A DNA stretch of 64,000 nucleotides from Adineta vaga (Eukaryota; Animalia; Rotifera), in contig CP075495.1 of NCBI GenBank assembly GCA_021613535.1, positions 1,426,001 to 1,490,000 on the forward strand. The letters are read 5' to 3'. The position numbers and the translations under genes are program-made. Shown here piece by piece: positions 22,147 to 35,090 of the stretch (the first letter of the stretch is position 1; each line of letters begins with the position of its first letter). The notes beneath the pieces were generated by a model. It searched no databases, was not told the DNA's origin, and saw only the letters and a program-made list of their open reading frames with translations.

Positions 22147-23582
22147 ATGAATAGTGATATAAAACCCCCACCTCCAATAGTGGTGACAGCAGATGAAACT
22201 ATTAGTTTAATCAATGACAATACATCATTTTCGATAACGAACAGACAAAACGAAGACAAGGAAAAAAACAAATCACAAATGTATCTTCCAAATAAAGCAG
22301 TAATTCAACATCGTTTAATGCGATGGTGTGCATTTCTTTTAGTAGTTGGAACATTAATTATTATATGGCGTTTTGTTTCAATATTAATTCTTGCTGTTTG
22401 GTTATCATCTATTTGTAGACCTTTATTAGAATGGCTTGTCAATCATTTGTAAGTTTAAAATACAAAATGAAAAGATATATCGAATATTTGTCTTGTTTTC
22501 TAGACCATTGATAAATCGTTGTCGAGAAAAACGTTCACGTTCAGCTATAGCTGCATTTCTTCTTGTTTTTCTTGTTCTTGTTGTTATCCTACCAATTATT
22601 TTGATCATCATAGCTCTAACAAGTTCAACACTAAGTTTTGTTGCTAGTCTATCGAATTCCACAACAGCACGAAATGCTATAAATATTCTCGTACCTCCTT
22701 CGACAACTAATGGAAGTGGTTCATTCATAAATTCAACTAGTCAAAATTTTATGGATTTTATTAAAGGCGGAAAAAATACAACATTTAATCTATTTGAACG
22801 ATTTGTTATTCAACGAGATTCTATTACAGATGTCGTGCAATTATTTGGTGGAAAAGCTCTATCCGTTTTATCGACTGTAGCTGGAGCTACGGCACAAGTA
22901 TAACTATACATTAAAAAAAAGTGTTTTTCTCATATATGTCATTTTTTAGTTTATTGTTGGAATATTAATCTTTTTGGTATCAACATATACATTTTTATTA
23001 CATGGACCTGAACTTTGGACATGGGTGATTAATCATAGTCCATTATCATCAAAACATATGGAACGTTTTAAAGATGCTTTTCAAGAAACAGGTCGTGGTC
23101 TACTTATTGGTGTTGGTTTAACCTGTGCTGTTCAAGGATGCGTTGCAGCAATTGCTTATTTATGTTTACAAATTCCACGATGGTATGCACTTGGTGTTTT
23201 AACAGGTCTTTGTTCATTAATTCCAATTCTTGGTACAGCAATTGTTTGGATACCAATTACAATAGGTCTATTTATTCAACAAGCTCATATTAAAGCTGTT
23301 ATTATGATTGCTGTTGGAATTCTTGGAATTGGTTCAGTTGATAATTTACTTCGACCTGTTTTTTCAAAATTAGGTTCTTTACAAATGTCGACATTATTGT
23401 TATTATTAACAATTTTTGGTGGATTAGAATTGCTTGGAGCGTGGGGAGCACTTTTAGGTCCATTAATTGTTCGATTAGCAACTGAAGCTTTGATTCTTGT
23501 TCGCGAAGACGAAGATGAAGAAGAACAATATCAACAACAACAACAACTATTACCACCACCACAACAATATTCATCATCTTAA
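22147..23582 (+). CDS. AI-2E (PerM/TqsA/UPF0118) family transporter, bacterial-type, 2 introns
   Basis: Motifs QG..AAIAY, SLIPILGTAIVWIP, GSVDNLLRP and IFGGLELLGAWGALLGP. GT-AG introns near 22449-22503 and 22898-22949. Confidence 0.88.
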
Positions 23583-24764
23583 ATAATCTTTCAAATATTC
23601 AACTTACTTTTATTGGTGTCTATTGTATATTATTTTATCGAATAAGAATATCTCTTTCCTGGTGTATAGATATAAAAAAAAAGGATTAGTGGTTTTCTAA
23701 GCGAACCAATCTATTTTTCTAAAAGTTGATCTTGAAGTATTTTGAGAGTTACGGTAGACGATGTTCGTTTTCATCGATTCAATGACGAAAATATTGTTTA
23801 TACATGTGATCCTTCCTTTATTTGAACAATTTATTTCCGTTTATAATACTTAAATACAACTATTTCTACTGAATAAATAACTCACTATGAGAAGAAATTT
23901 TGTTTATAAAATTTTTGTAAACATTTTAAGTATTGATCAGTGTCAGGAATGTGTGGGAGAGTAAAGGAATTTTCATCTAAAAATATACTTAGATGAAAAA
24001 AAAGAAGGCGAAGATATATGAATAGAATAGATACTTTGTTCGGGTGAGTAAATCATTGTGGAATTATTTGATGCAGGTCTATGTAAGATAAGGGGTGGTG
24101 CAACACGTTCAATATCCTTTGAAAAGATAATTTAGATGACTTTAACTATTATTGGAAATAAGATACAGAGTCAATAGAATCATTGGATTGATAATGATCA
24201 TAATTTTTCATTTGTTGATGACTGTGAAGAAAAGTAGAAGATATTTAGGGTATATGAAAAGTAGTGGCCGTGACACATTTTTACTCTGTATCAGACTTGA
24301 AGAAATTTTCTTTGATCGTACTTCAACGAATAGGAAAATTTTGATAAAATCTGTTTTGTTCGCATAATCAAAAAAGGAAAAAGCATAAAAGTGAGCTTTT
24401 CTCACGGTTATTGCTAGAAGATTGTATTAGAGACTGGAGTGAAATGTATATTCTTCAGCACAATCTTTCGCATTTTATAAATCTTCCATTAGTAATTTGA
24501 AATTATACATGATAAATGAAATTCACTGTAAACAACTTATCAGATATGTTCGTTCTTAAAATGGTCAATTGAAAATCACGAAATAAACACTGCGATGTGT
24601 CTTCATCTCCTCTTTTCGACGAAAAAAAACCCACAATTCTCTACCATGTTTATATCAAAAGAGAGTATTAATCGAAGCAGCACATATTGAAGTACGATCA
24701 AATAGCATAGAAAGAAAATTTCTTCTAGTCTGATATAGAGTAAAAAAGTATCACTGTCAGTAAA

Positions 24765-26372
24765 TCATACTTTGATTTTGATAATTGTTTTTTGCTCTGT
24801 TTTAAAGTAATATCTTGAAAAAGAAAAAAAGAATAGAATGATAAATAAGAAGATTACGATTATTACCACTGAGATCCGAATCGGAATGAGATCGACCAGC
24901 ACTTAGAGCTCGACGAGTTTCTTTTTTTCTAGAAAATTGATTAAGTTTTATGTATCTTCAAGATGATGATAAAATATTACTTTTGCCATTCAGTTTGTCG
25001 TATTTTATCATTTCTTGCGTTGATATAAGCAGTTGGATCAAAACGATTTGAGGAATCTTAAATAAGTAAATAAATAGAGAAAATAATGAAGAAAAAAGTA
25101 CCATAAGACGATGGTAATCGTTGAATGTTAGATACAAAATGAGGTCGACGTTGATCATTTGATACCGGACGCAATGATATTCCTGAAAGTTGTTGAGAAT
25201 CATTGAATGAACAACTAATAGACAGAGAAAATGTCCATTCGAATGGTTCTGATTGCTGTTGAACTTACTTTCTTCTTAAAAAAGAATTTTCATTTGTCAA
25301 AACTTTAACTTTCGATTTTAATTGTCTTTCAGATGTTTTTAATGATTCAATCTAAAGAATGAATTTAGCTTTTTTCTTGCATATGTTGCAATGTATAGAA
25401 AAACAAACTTGATCATTAAATGTTTTACAACGATTGTCTTTTCTTGTTTTTGTTTTTTGTAGATGAATTCGTGCTTTTATTAAAGCTTCTTCATTTCTAC
25501 GGATCATTTCACGTAAAAATTCAATTTGTTGATCTTTTTCCATTGAATTATTCAATAAGAGACGTTGATGAACATTGGTATGATTTTTTAAATGAAAGGA
25601 TCTAATCAACCAATAATATAGATTAGATAAAAGGAAAATGAAACAAACTTACTCCGATTGCAGATTAGATTGGAGCTAGATCAAAGTAGAAATAATATTT
25701 TTTCAACAAATTTAAAAATAAATTTTTACCTGAGATTTGAATGATTGATTTTCAATGGTCAATTGTTGTATCTGTTCTACTAAATTAACTGGATCTGATT
25801 TACCATTGTATCGGAGAGATAATACATAATTAGTACAATCATATTCAGTCTTGTAGATTAATATTAGATAACGTTTAGTTGAAACTTTAGTAGATGAACT
25901 TTTCTTTTCATCTTGTAGTTTCTTTCGCATCATATCAAGATCAGCAGAAGTCAACAAATCAATACTAACCGAAGAGCTTGTCTAATTGAAATACATGATA
26001 GTTCTCTAGAATCAAGCGAGCTTTACGAAACTTACCTTATTGATAGCATTTTCGAGCATTTCAATAAATACATGAAACGGCTTATAATTTCCCGTTTTTG
26101 TTGTCATCGTTTCGATAGCTATAAGAAAAGAAACACAGAGAACGTGATACCAAAGGAATTGGAAAAAACATCGGAATAGATATACCAGTAGTATCAAAGT
26201 TCGATTTCCACTGGTCAGCTGTTTCTTTTTGTTCAATTTTAATATCTACTTGTGCCTGTTCCAAAATATTATCGACAGACATCGAAACAATATAGGGATG
26301 ATTGCGAATGAAAATTTCATTTATACATATACGACGTGGTGAAACTTGTGGAAGATGAATTGAATCTTTCAT
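24765..26372 (-). CDS. Multi-exon coiled-coil protein, function unknown
   Basis: Consecutive coding segments (MKDSIHLP..., LVEQIQQLTIENQSFKSQ, KDQQIEFLREMIRRNEEAL) bounded by GT/AG. 3' end approximate. Confidence 0.55.
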
Positions 26373-26950
26373 ATCTTAAATACGCTCAGTAATTCATAAG
26401 AAAGTTTTTCTTAGAAAAAATTCTAATACCTATCTAAAAAGAAAATTGATTTGTTGTTGCGGTAGTCAATGTATTTAGCATTCAACCATATTAGAATTGA
26501 TGAACGATTACCTCTACTATTAAAATGTTCTTATGGCGGTAGAGAAAGAGAACACAAATGCACAAGTACATGCCTGATTTCAATTTTGCACACACTAACA
26601 ATAGTTGTCACATACAATGATCTATATGAATTCGAATATAAATGTGCATTCATCTATTTGTTATCATTTCGAAAATAAATCACATAAAATAGTTTTATTT
26701 TGTTTACCATTGATTATAATTCGAAATTATATTTATGAGCAACAAAGTTTAAATCTTTATTCATCAAAAATAATAATGACTAGGAGCGCTTTTTGAATAT
26801 CGTCATCTATATTCGAAGTCGAATTAGACAGGTACTTCAGTTTCTATATTTATTGTTAACATTAACAAACAAAAATGAAGATATATCTAGTTTTATATAA
26901 ATAGGTTCGTTAATTGAATGCAAACAAAACATATCCATGATACTGTTTGA

Positions 26951-28973
26951 TTAATGAGATATTGTATACATTCGACTGCGTGTTCGATTATATTCACGTA
27001 ATTGTTCCACTGGACCTAAAAGAAATTTTAATAAATAAAAACTTCATTTTCCACTTAGTATTCAATTAAACTTACCAACGGCAGCAATTGCTGGACAATG
27101 ATTATAGACATATTGTTTCATAACAGCCATTACAGTCTTTGCATCAACAGCCTTAATTCAAAGGAAATACATTTTCGACATGAATTTTCTTGTTAATATA
27201 AATACTTACATCAATACGTGCATCGAGTTCATGTAATGGAATACGTCGACCATAGGATAATAATTGACTGAAAACAAAATAAAATAAAAGATTAATATTT
27301 TATTTTTTTTAAAGACTAACCGTCCAATATCTTCGCAAATTGGTGTAGATCCATCAAGCATTAATAACATATTCGTTTTCAAAAGATTTTTCGCTCTTGT
27401 TACTTCAAGATCTGTACATGCTGTTGCAATACGACACCTAAGTTATAATTTATTAAAAGAATATAAATCAAATGAAAAAAAAAATCAAACGAAAATACCA
27501 TTCATCTTGTATTGCACTCATTGCATCATCAATTTTCATTCGATCAGTAACTAAATATGTGCCCCATAGACCAGTATCAGTATAACATGTATTGAATGCT
27601 TGATATGAATGACATAAATTATATTTAACTGCTTGTTGACCAAGACGAGTTGCAACATGACCACCACCAGCCATGGATCTAATCAATCAATAATATAACA
27701 TATTTTTCTTTCTATTTTTATATTACCTATCCCAATTTCCGACAATTGTTGATGCAACCATCAATGGTATCGTATCAGCATCAGCCCACCCAGTACTTTC
27801 AACAGAAATAGCAATATGAGCTAATGGCATTTCATCATCTCGAACACGAATTTCACTTCCAGTAAATCTGAAAAATTGAAGTTATGTATTATCTATTACA
27901 TAAGAAAATATTCAAATTATTCTACCGGCATGGAGTAAGATCGAGTGCTTCACCTTCTGGTTGACCAGCATTTAATTTACCAAAATTTTCTTCACTCAAA
28001 CGAACTAATTGATCATGATTAACACCACCAGCAGCGGCTAAAACTATTCGTGGTGCTCTATAATGTGTTCGAACATATTTCAATAAATCCGCTTTTTTGA
28101 TTGATCTTAAAGTCAACAAAAAAATTGAATTAAATTAGATAAAAGAATTTGTTTTTTTCTAAAATAATCTACTTGATATTTTCTGCAGGACCAAGAATAG
28201 TTCGACCTAATGGTGTACCTTGAAAAGCAGTAGCATGTAAATGATCAAAAGTCACTTCTTGAAGATTATTTTCAATTTCTTGCATTTCACGTAAGATAGT
28301 ATGACGTTCAAGTTCAATTTCTTCTTCACCAAATCGACTATTTTGAACGATATCAGATAGAAGTTCCACAACTATACATATACAAATGAGAATAGATATT
28401 GAACATAAAATTCAAGAAACATACTTTGTGGTAAATCTTTACTAAAACATTTTGCATAATAAACAGTTTGTTCTCTTGATGTATATGCATTAAGATGTGC
28501 ACCGAGATTTTCTACTTCAAGTTCAAGTTCACGTTGTGTTCGTTTATTTGTTCCCTAGAAGAAAAAGAAGAAGAAAAAGACGAAAAAACACGAATTGTAT
28601 TTCATTTTTTTGCAAAGATCATCCATTTGTGATTACTTTGAAAGCCATATGTTCAAGAAAATGAGCAGTTCCATTGTTTTCTGCTGTTTCAAATCGACTA
28701 CCAGCATCGATCCATACACCAACAGTACATGTTGGAAGTCCGTAATCTTCTGATGCTATACGTAAACCATTTTTAATGGATGTTACTCGAGTTTCAGGAA
28801 CATTAAGAAGGGTTTCCTGTATTGTGGATGGATTTGTTTTTAGAGCTGTTGTTAAACTACGAAACTATAAAAGAAATAATACCATGAATGAGAACGGTAG
28901 AAGATAGAAAATTATTCACCGATGAACGTGCTGTTAATCGTCCAACTCTATGAGCGAGACTTCGAAGGAACAT
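26951..28973 (-). CDS. PMPCB: Mitochondrial processing peptidase beta subunit (M16B)
   Basis: Presequence [12 protein letters not shown]; [12 protein letters not shown] (HxxEH); [11 protein letters not shown]; [13 protein letters not shown]; YTDTGLWG; [14 protein letters not shown]. Confidence 0.93.
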
Positions 28974-30267
28974 ATTTAAATTTAACTAAAATATTCTACA
29001 AAATGAAAACAATTTTGATAGTCAAATTGTACGAGAAGAAACTATTGGTTCAACCATATTGAATAGGAGGTAGATTGTCCTCTACTAAAATCTTGTTAGA
29101 ATCACAGAATTTTTTGCATCAGCTTTAAATCAGATACTGCTCATGTCAATTTGGCTATGAAAAAACTATATTAATACACGTTTAAAGTCATATGTAAACC
29201 AGCATGACAGGACCTCTATGTATTTATGAATATATACAAATGTTTCAGAAAATCATAGAATGTTCTTAGAAATATTATGTGAAAATAGATGAGTTTTTTA
29301 GACTAATGTGTTCATATGTGCTCATGATGCTCTTGCTATTGTATGAATAGGTTGAATTAGACGATATGTATCACTTGAAAGAGTATAGAGAAAACTAAAT
29401 GGAATGAAATAATCATATATTGTTGCCAAACGATAGAACCTAATCGTATAACTAATATAAAAGTTATTTGTGTTGATGGAATAGATGAATTCATCAAATA
29501 GGTTACTTCATATGGAAAGCTGAAGATCAAATGTTTTTAATGATAACACTCGAGTTAATTGACTTCGGTACAACGATAATGGTTTGTTGCTAATTGGAAA
29601 TCTTACTCGAGTTAATCGTTTTCGAATATTTGAAATAGTTTATAAACCAAATGTTGACATAGATTTAGATTTAAATCCCAATAATATATAGATAATCGAG
29701 CGATTGTTAAATTACTCAATGAACGAAGTCGTACTCATATTGAACAGTTAGTTCTCTTGTTGAGTATTTGTTTTTGATTTAAAGCACTGCAAAACTTTGT
29801 ATCGTCAATTATTATACGAGTAATCATGAACAAAAATGATCTTGAAAGTTCCTTTTGCTTTATAATTATCATCAATATTAATATTAAAGTAATGAGCAAA
29901 TTTTCGAATGAGAATGTAATCTTATAGACTACATGTGAGTAGTAATTACAAATACGCTATTGAAGTTACTCATTTAATTGAATAAATCTAGAATTATTAA
30001 AGGACATTTTCAATTATCTCACTTTCTACTTAGTAGGTTAGACAGTAGATGAATAAAAAATAGAAAAGAAAAAAGTAATGATATTAATCTATTTGAATTA
30101 TTGATGATTCCATATTTACTTGAGATTTCATTGATTTTTCTTATGTTTTGTATCATAATTGTTATTTTCTACTCTAATTCCTTGTGATATATTTGTTGAT
30201 ACATATAAATATAATCATTCGTCATAACACAAGATTAAAAAAAGAAATTTAAAAATCTAGACAATAG

Positions 30268-31266
30268 TCATCGACACATAATTTTACGAATAACAGATTT
30301 TTTTAATGTTATAATAGCCTTTCGAAATACACTTCCTCCACTAAGAGTATTGACATAAAATGGCATTGCTGTTGCAAAATAAGTACAAATTAATGCAATT
30401 TGATAGACAAAATCTTCAATAGTTAATTTTAATTGTGATTTTGGAATCGGCATTGTTAAAGTCGCATAAAGTTTCTGAATGACAAATGGAAGAGTAAAAA
30501 TCGCGAGAAAAATAACTTGAACAGAGAGCATTGTTAATAAACGTCTATCAGTTTTCTTTGATCGTGTTTGATTCATTGTCATATGACTAGCTTTATTCTT
30601 CACACTTACAGTCTTTGGTGCAACACGATGATGAGTCTTTCGTGTATTTAATATCGTCGTCCAACCAAAAACCAAAATAAATATTAAAGGAAGTAGAATT
30701 GCAACAATTGCAAATGTTAAGTCACTGACTAAACGACATTCGACATTTCGTGAAAAACATTTCAATGGTGTATTAATTAAATTAGCTCCATAACAATAGA
30801 ACAATTGTAAATGAATAAGAATGAAGAAGATCATACTAATGAATATACCACATAAGGAATTTTTCTTTGAACTCATTTATCGACGATGAACATCGATATT
30901 TGATATAAGCCATCGATCAATGGTTGCCAACATAATTAACCAAAATGTCGTAGCACGAGAAACAAATAGAATAAAAACACGAAATTTACAAATCCAATTT
31001 ATTGTTGCAGATAGATCAACGGCAATTCCCGATAAAACACGAGATGTTAGTCCAGATAAAATCGCAATGATACCAGCTGTTGAAGATCCAAGAAAAATGA
31101 TAACACATGGATTTGAACGAAGAGTACGTTGAGATAATACAAGAATATTCAAAATATTACCAACAATACCAAATATAAAGATAAATAAACCGAAATAGAA
31201 ATTGATATGAGAAAGAGTATCTTGAAGATAAGCAATAACTATAACATCAGGTGATGATGAAGACAT
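30268..31266 (-). pseudogene. Orphan class-A GPCR with one in-frame stop
   Basis: Two abutting same-frame ORFs separated by a single TAA at 30877-30879 (DVHRR*MSS versus DVHRRHLSS in a paralog). Otherwise a full 7TM. Confidence 0.85.
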
Positions 31267-32165
31267 TATTCATAATCTATAAAAGAATATATGAAATGTT
31301 TGTTAATCAAATCTTCTTTCTTAGAATAAAATACTGATTCAGTATTTTTACATTCGTCATAGAAAGCAACAGAACTAATTGTATCTGGTTCGCAAATCTT
31401 TCAAGTTGAGATAAGATATATATACGATACGTCTAGACTTTATATGAGATCACAATATGTTAATTCTAGCTATATAAGATTAGAGGGGAAAAAAAGCGTT
31501 AATGTAACTGAATCTATCAAACTCCATTTTTTTTGACAAGATCGTGTTTTTTACATTATACTTACATATGAATTATTCACCTGGAAAAAATAGAAAAATA
31601 AAAATATCTTTCGTATTAAACTTACCATATTTACGTGGAAGATAGTGATCGATTCATCATCATCTCAAAGATATGTTTACGTACGATGAATATATATATA
31701 ATATTTCTTTCCTTGTACTTATTGAGTACATAGGTCGTTGTTTAATTTTACTTTTAATTATCAGTAGCATTAAAAACATTCTAATATAAAATGTTTCCAG
31801 CTCAAAGTATACTTCAATACTAAATCTTGATTTTGTAATATTCCGGATTTCTTCATCAATGAACTGTCTCTGATAAATATGTTTTTTTTTCAAACTAATC
31901 TGACAACTATCAAGCAGGATGAAGTCAGATTAGTTCAAGTACATTTATCACCGCCATATTCATTAACATATCTTTTAATGTAAAATGACAATATAGTTCC
32001 TACAGCGACATCAAAGAAATTTTTTTAGTAAGCTGCGTAATATGCTGAGAATGCACATAATTTCAATAGAAGTGTAATTATTCAAAAATAAATGATTGAA
32101 TTTCAATCTGGATTTCTATTTTTGATTGACAGCTAAGAATTAATTAGTTGTTCTTGTTTCTTTTA

Positions 32166-32215
32166 CCCATTCGCCACGATGTGGCCTACCGGTGGGCCCT
32201 TTCGTGGCGAATGGT
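32166..32215. mobile_element. 50-bp GC-rich foldback, piggyBac-like micro-element
   Basis: CCATTCGCCACGA (32167-32179) / TCGTGGCGAATGG (32202-32214) is a perfect 13-bp IR around a near-palindromic core. Flanks TTTA/TTAA. Confidence 0.55.
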
Positions 32216-32272
32216 TTAAAGTACATGTTATAGTTTAGAGTGTATGATCAGACATATATTGTTCTTTGTTTA

Positions 32273-33313
32273 TTAGTTACAAAATTTAATTTGACAAAGA
32301 AGAATTGTTCTTAACCATTTGATGAATGTTCGACCTGCTAGACGCATTAAATTAAAAAAAGCTTTGCGAAAAACACTTCCACCACTTAAAGTATATATAT
32401 AAAATTGCATTCCATTTGCTAAATAAGTAAGAAGAAGAACAAAATTGTAGATGATATTTTCAATTGTAACACGTAAACGAGATTTAATCTCATTTGATGT
32501 TAATGTTGAATAGATTTTTTCGATTGATAATGGAATTGTTAGAAGAGCAAGAAGAATTACTTGAACTAAAAGCATTACTAAAAGACGTTGATCGGTTTTA
32601 TTCGATGATTTCGAACGTGTAGTTGTGCTTTTTGATTGACGGACTGTTGAAATTTGACCTGAATGAATACGATTTCTAGAATGACGTATATTAGTAATTG
32701 TCATCAGACCAAACGTTGTCATTACGGATAAAGGTATAAGAATAGCACAAACAGCAAATAACATATCATTTATCAATCGACATGCCATTCCATTGCTAAA
32801 ACATTTGCCTGGAGTATTAACAAGATTCGCTTCATAACAATAAAGACATTGACTATGTATGATAATCGAGAAAAGTACAACGAAAACAGTACCTCGAATA
32901 GCATTATTTATCGTACTGAAATGTCGACGACGAACATCCGTACATGACAAAAGCCAACGATCGATAGTTGCTAACATAATCAACCAGAATGCAATCGCGC
33001 GTGATGTAAATAATGTAAAACCACGAATCTTACATATCCACTGAACTGTATCAGAAAGATCAGTACTAATACCACTTAACATTCGAGGAGTTAGTCCCGC
33101 AATAATAGAGATGAGACCAGCTATTGATGAGCCATAGAATAATAATGCACATGGATTTGATCGAAGTGATCGTTGTGATAAGACAAGGATATTTAGAAGA
33201 TTTCCAACACAACCAAAAATGAAAATAAATGTAGCAAAATAACGATTGATTTGAGTAACGATACTATTTAACGATGCTATTGAATCTACATTCAATGATG
33301 AAGTTGAAGACAT
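32273..33313 (-). CDS. Intronless orphan class-A GPCR (346 aa)
   Basis: GN in TM1, CK in TM3, IDRW, seven hydrophobic segments, FYIYTLSGGSVFR. Confidence 0.9.
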   Translation of the reverse strand: MSSTSSLNVDSIASLNSIVTQINRYFATFIFIFGCVGNLLNILVLSQRSLRSNPCALLFYGSSIAGLISIIAGLTPRMLSGISTDLSDTVQWICKIRGFTLFTSRAIAFWLIMLATIDRWLLSCTDVRRRHFSTINNAIRGTVFVVLFSIIIHSQCLYCYEANLVNTPGKCFSNGMACRLINDMLFAVCAILIPLSVMTTFGLMTITNIRHSRNRIHSGQISTVRQSKSTTTRSKSSNKTDQRLLVMLLVQVILLALLTIPLSIEKIYSTLTSNEIKSRLRVTIENIIYNFVLLLTYLANGMQFYIYTLSGGSVFRKAFFNLMRLAGRTFIKWLRTILLCQIKFCN

Positions 33314-34262
33314 TGCAATTTTGATACGAGATATCTAAAGATTATTGAATGATCCATGTCTTTTTATAAGATTCATCCTTGTCTCACTATTAAAAACGTG
33401 TTCAGATGTAATGAAGATAATTAACAGATTCTTTCTATAATAAATTATCAAATATAGTTAGAAAATCAAATAGATTAATTCCTGAATGTGTGTGACATAA
33501 AGAATAGTTTTCTTACATATTTGTGTTGTCATTGAACATTTTTATTAATAAAGAAAAATACTAACGATAAGATCGTGTAGAAAATCTGACTCTTTCGAGA
33601 AAATCCCACAACTAACTCTCTCTCATAATGAATAGAAAAATGCAGACGAATATCATAAGTCGTGACTGACCGCAGGTGTTAAGTTGTCTACTTTCATACG
33701 ATCTCTTGGCAGAAAGTAATTATAATTCTTCATACGTACTCAAAAATATTTACCTGTAAAGCTCATAGGTTAAATATCTGAAAACACTTGCTAGTTGTTC
33801 ATGAAAGAAAACGGATTGTAGATCTTCTCGTACATTTCTTACAATAATACTTAGATGAAACCGATCTATAAAAGAGAAAAATACATGTGCTTAAGAGACT
33901 AGACAAGCATTAACTTAAACTAATCACATCCTATATAAATCGCTAACATACTTTATTATAGACTAACACACCTTCCATATTACATTCGAAATGTATACGA
34001 AACGTGCTGCGAAACATGCACGTAATTCATTAAATACTCATCTCGATGAATGGCGTTTGTAGTCATGATCTCTTTTTTACAGATATGCATATACATGTAT
34101 ATTGTATAATCGATAAGAATTGACGAACAAAAGCGACATCACATGTACACAGTTTTGATTTGTTCTAATCTCGATAACCAATCGATGACTATCATTGCAT
34201 GTGAATTATTTGTACGTACTCTTAGTTTAGAAAGAACTAGAAAAGAACTCATTTTCAAATAA

Positions 34263-34777
34263 ATGTTTCGTCTTGCATTAACTCGTCTTGTCTCAAGTAC
34301 TCGAATTTCATTTCGATCTTCGAAAGTTCTTACTAATTATCAACATTCGTTTCTTCGTAATCTCACATCACAATCAAATGATACAATTCAACAACAATCA
34401 AGAATTCCTCTAGCTGATATTCATCAAGGAGAAGCATCTAAACGAATGGGGATTCAATTTCGTTGTAAAGTATGTGATCATACATTACAAAAAACTTTCA
34501 CTCGTCAATCCTATGAACAAGGAATTGTTATTATTCGATGTGATTCATGTACTAATCTTCATTTAATTGCCGATAATTTAGGTTGGTTTAAAGATTTAAC
34601 TGAAAATGGAAAATTTAAGTAAGACTTTTTTTTATTCCATCGATTTTATAGAACATTCTTCTTTCTTCTAGAAATATTGCTCAGATGTTACAAGCAAAAG
34701 GTGAGACAATACATCGTATAACTGCTGTTCCAACGGATGATCAACCATCAAACGATAATACCATTGCGATCGTTTAA
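34263..34777 (+). CDS. DNLZ: Mitochondrial DNL-type zinc finger protein (Hep1/Tim15)
   Basis: Presequence; CKVC...YEQGIVIIRCDSCTNLHLIADNLGWF; exon 2 NIAQMLQAKGE. Confidence 0.92.
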
Positions 34778-35090
34778 ATTCTTTGTAACAAATTGTCGTT
34801 TTTCGAATAAATATATTTTTTGTTCAGTTCGATGTTGAACTATCAGAATGAATTGCATTTTTATTGGAAGATAATGATATATGGGAATCTATTTGGACTT
34901 GACGAAGAGTTTCATGATTGATTTATAAACTAATCTAATTGTAATAAAATCATCGAAAAGTCGGATAATGATGATATCAGCATTATAAGGAGAGAAGAAG
35001 AAAAAAACAGATAAAAAAGTAGTTTTGTCAAGAATAAATCTTATGATGAGAAACCATCAGCTTCTACTCCCATCATTATCATTCTTTAAA

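Noticed and set aside
29140-29760. Coding-like decayed sequence upstream of PMPCB
   Set aside because: Many stops and no recognisable family motif.
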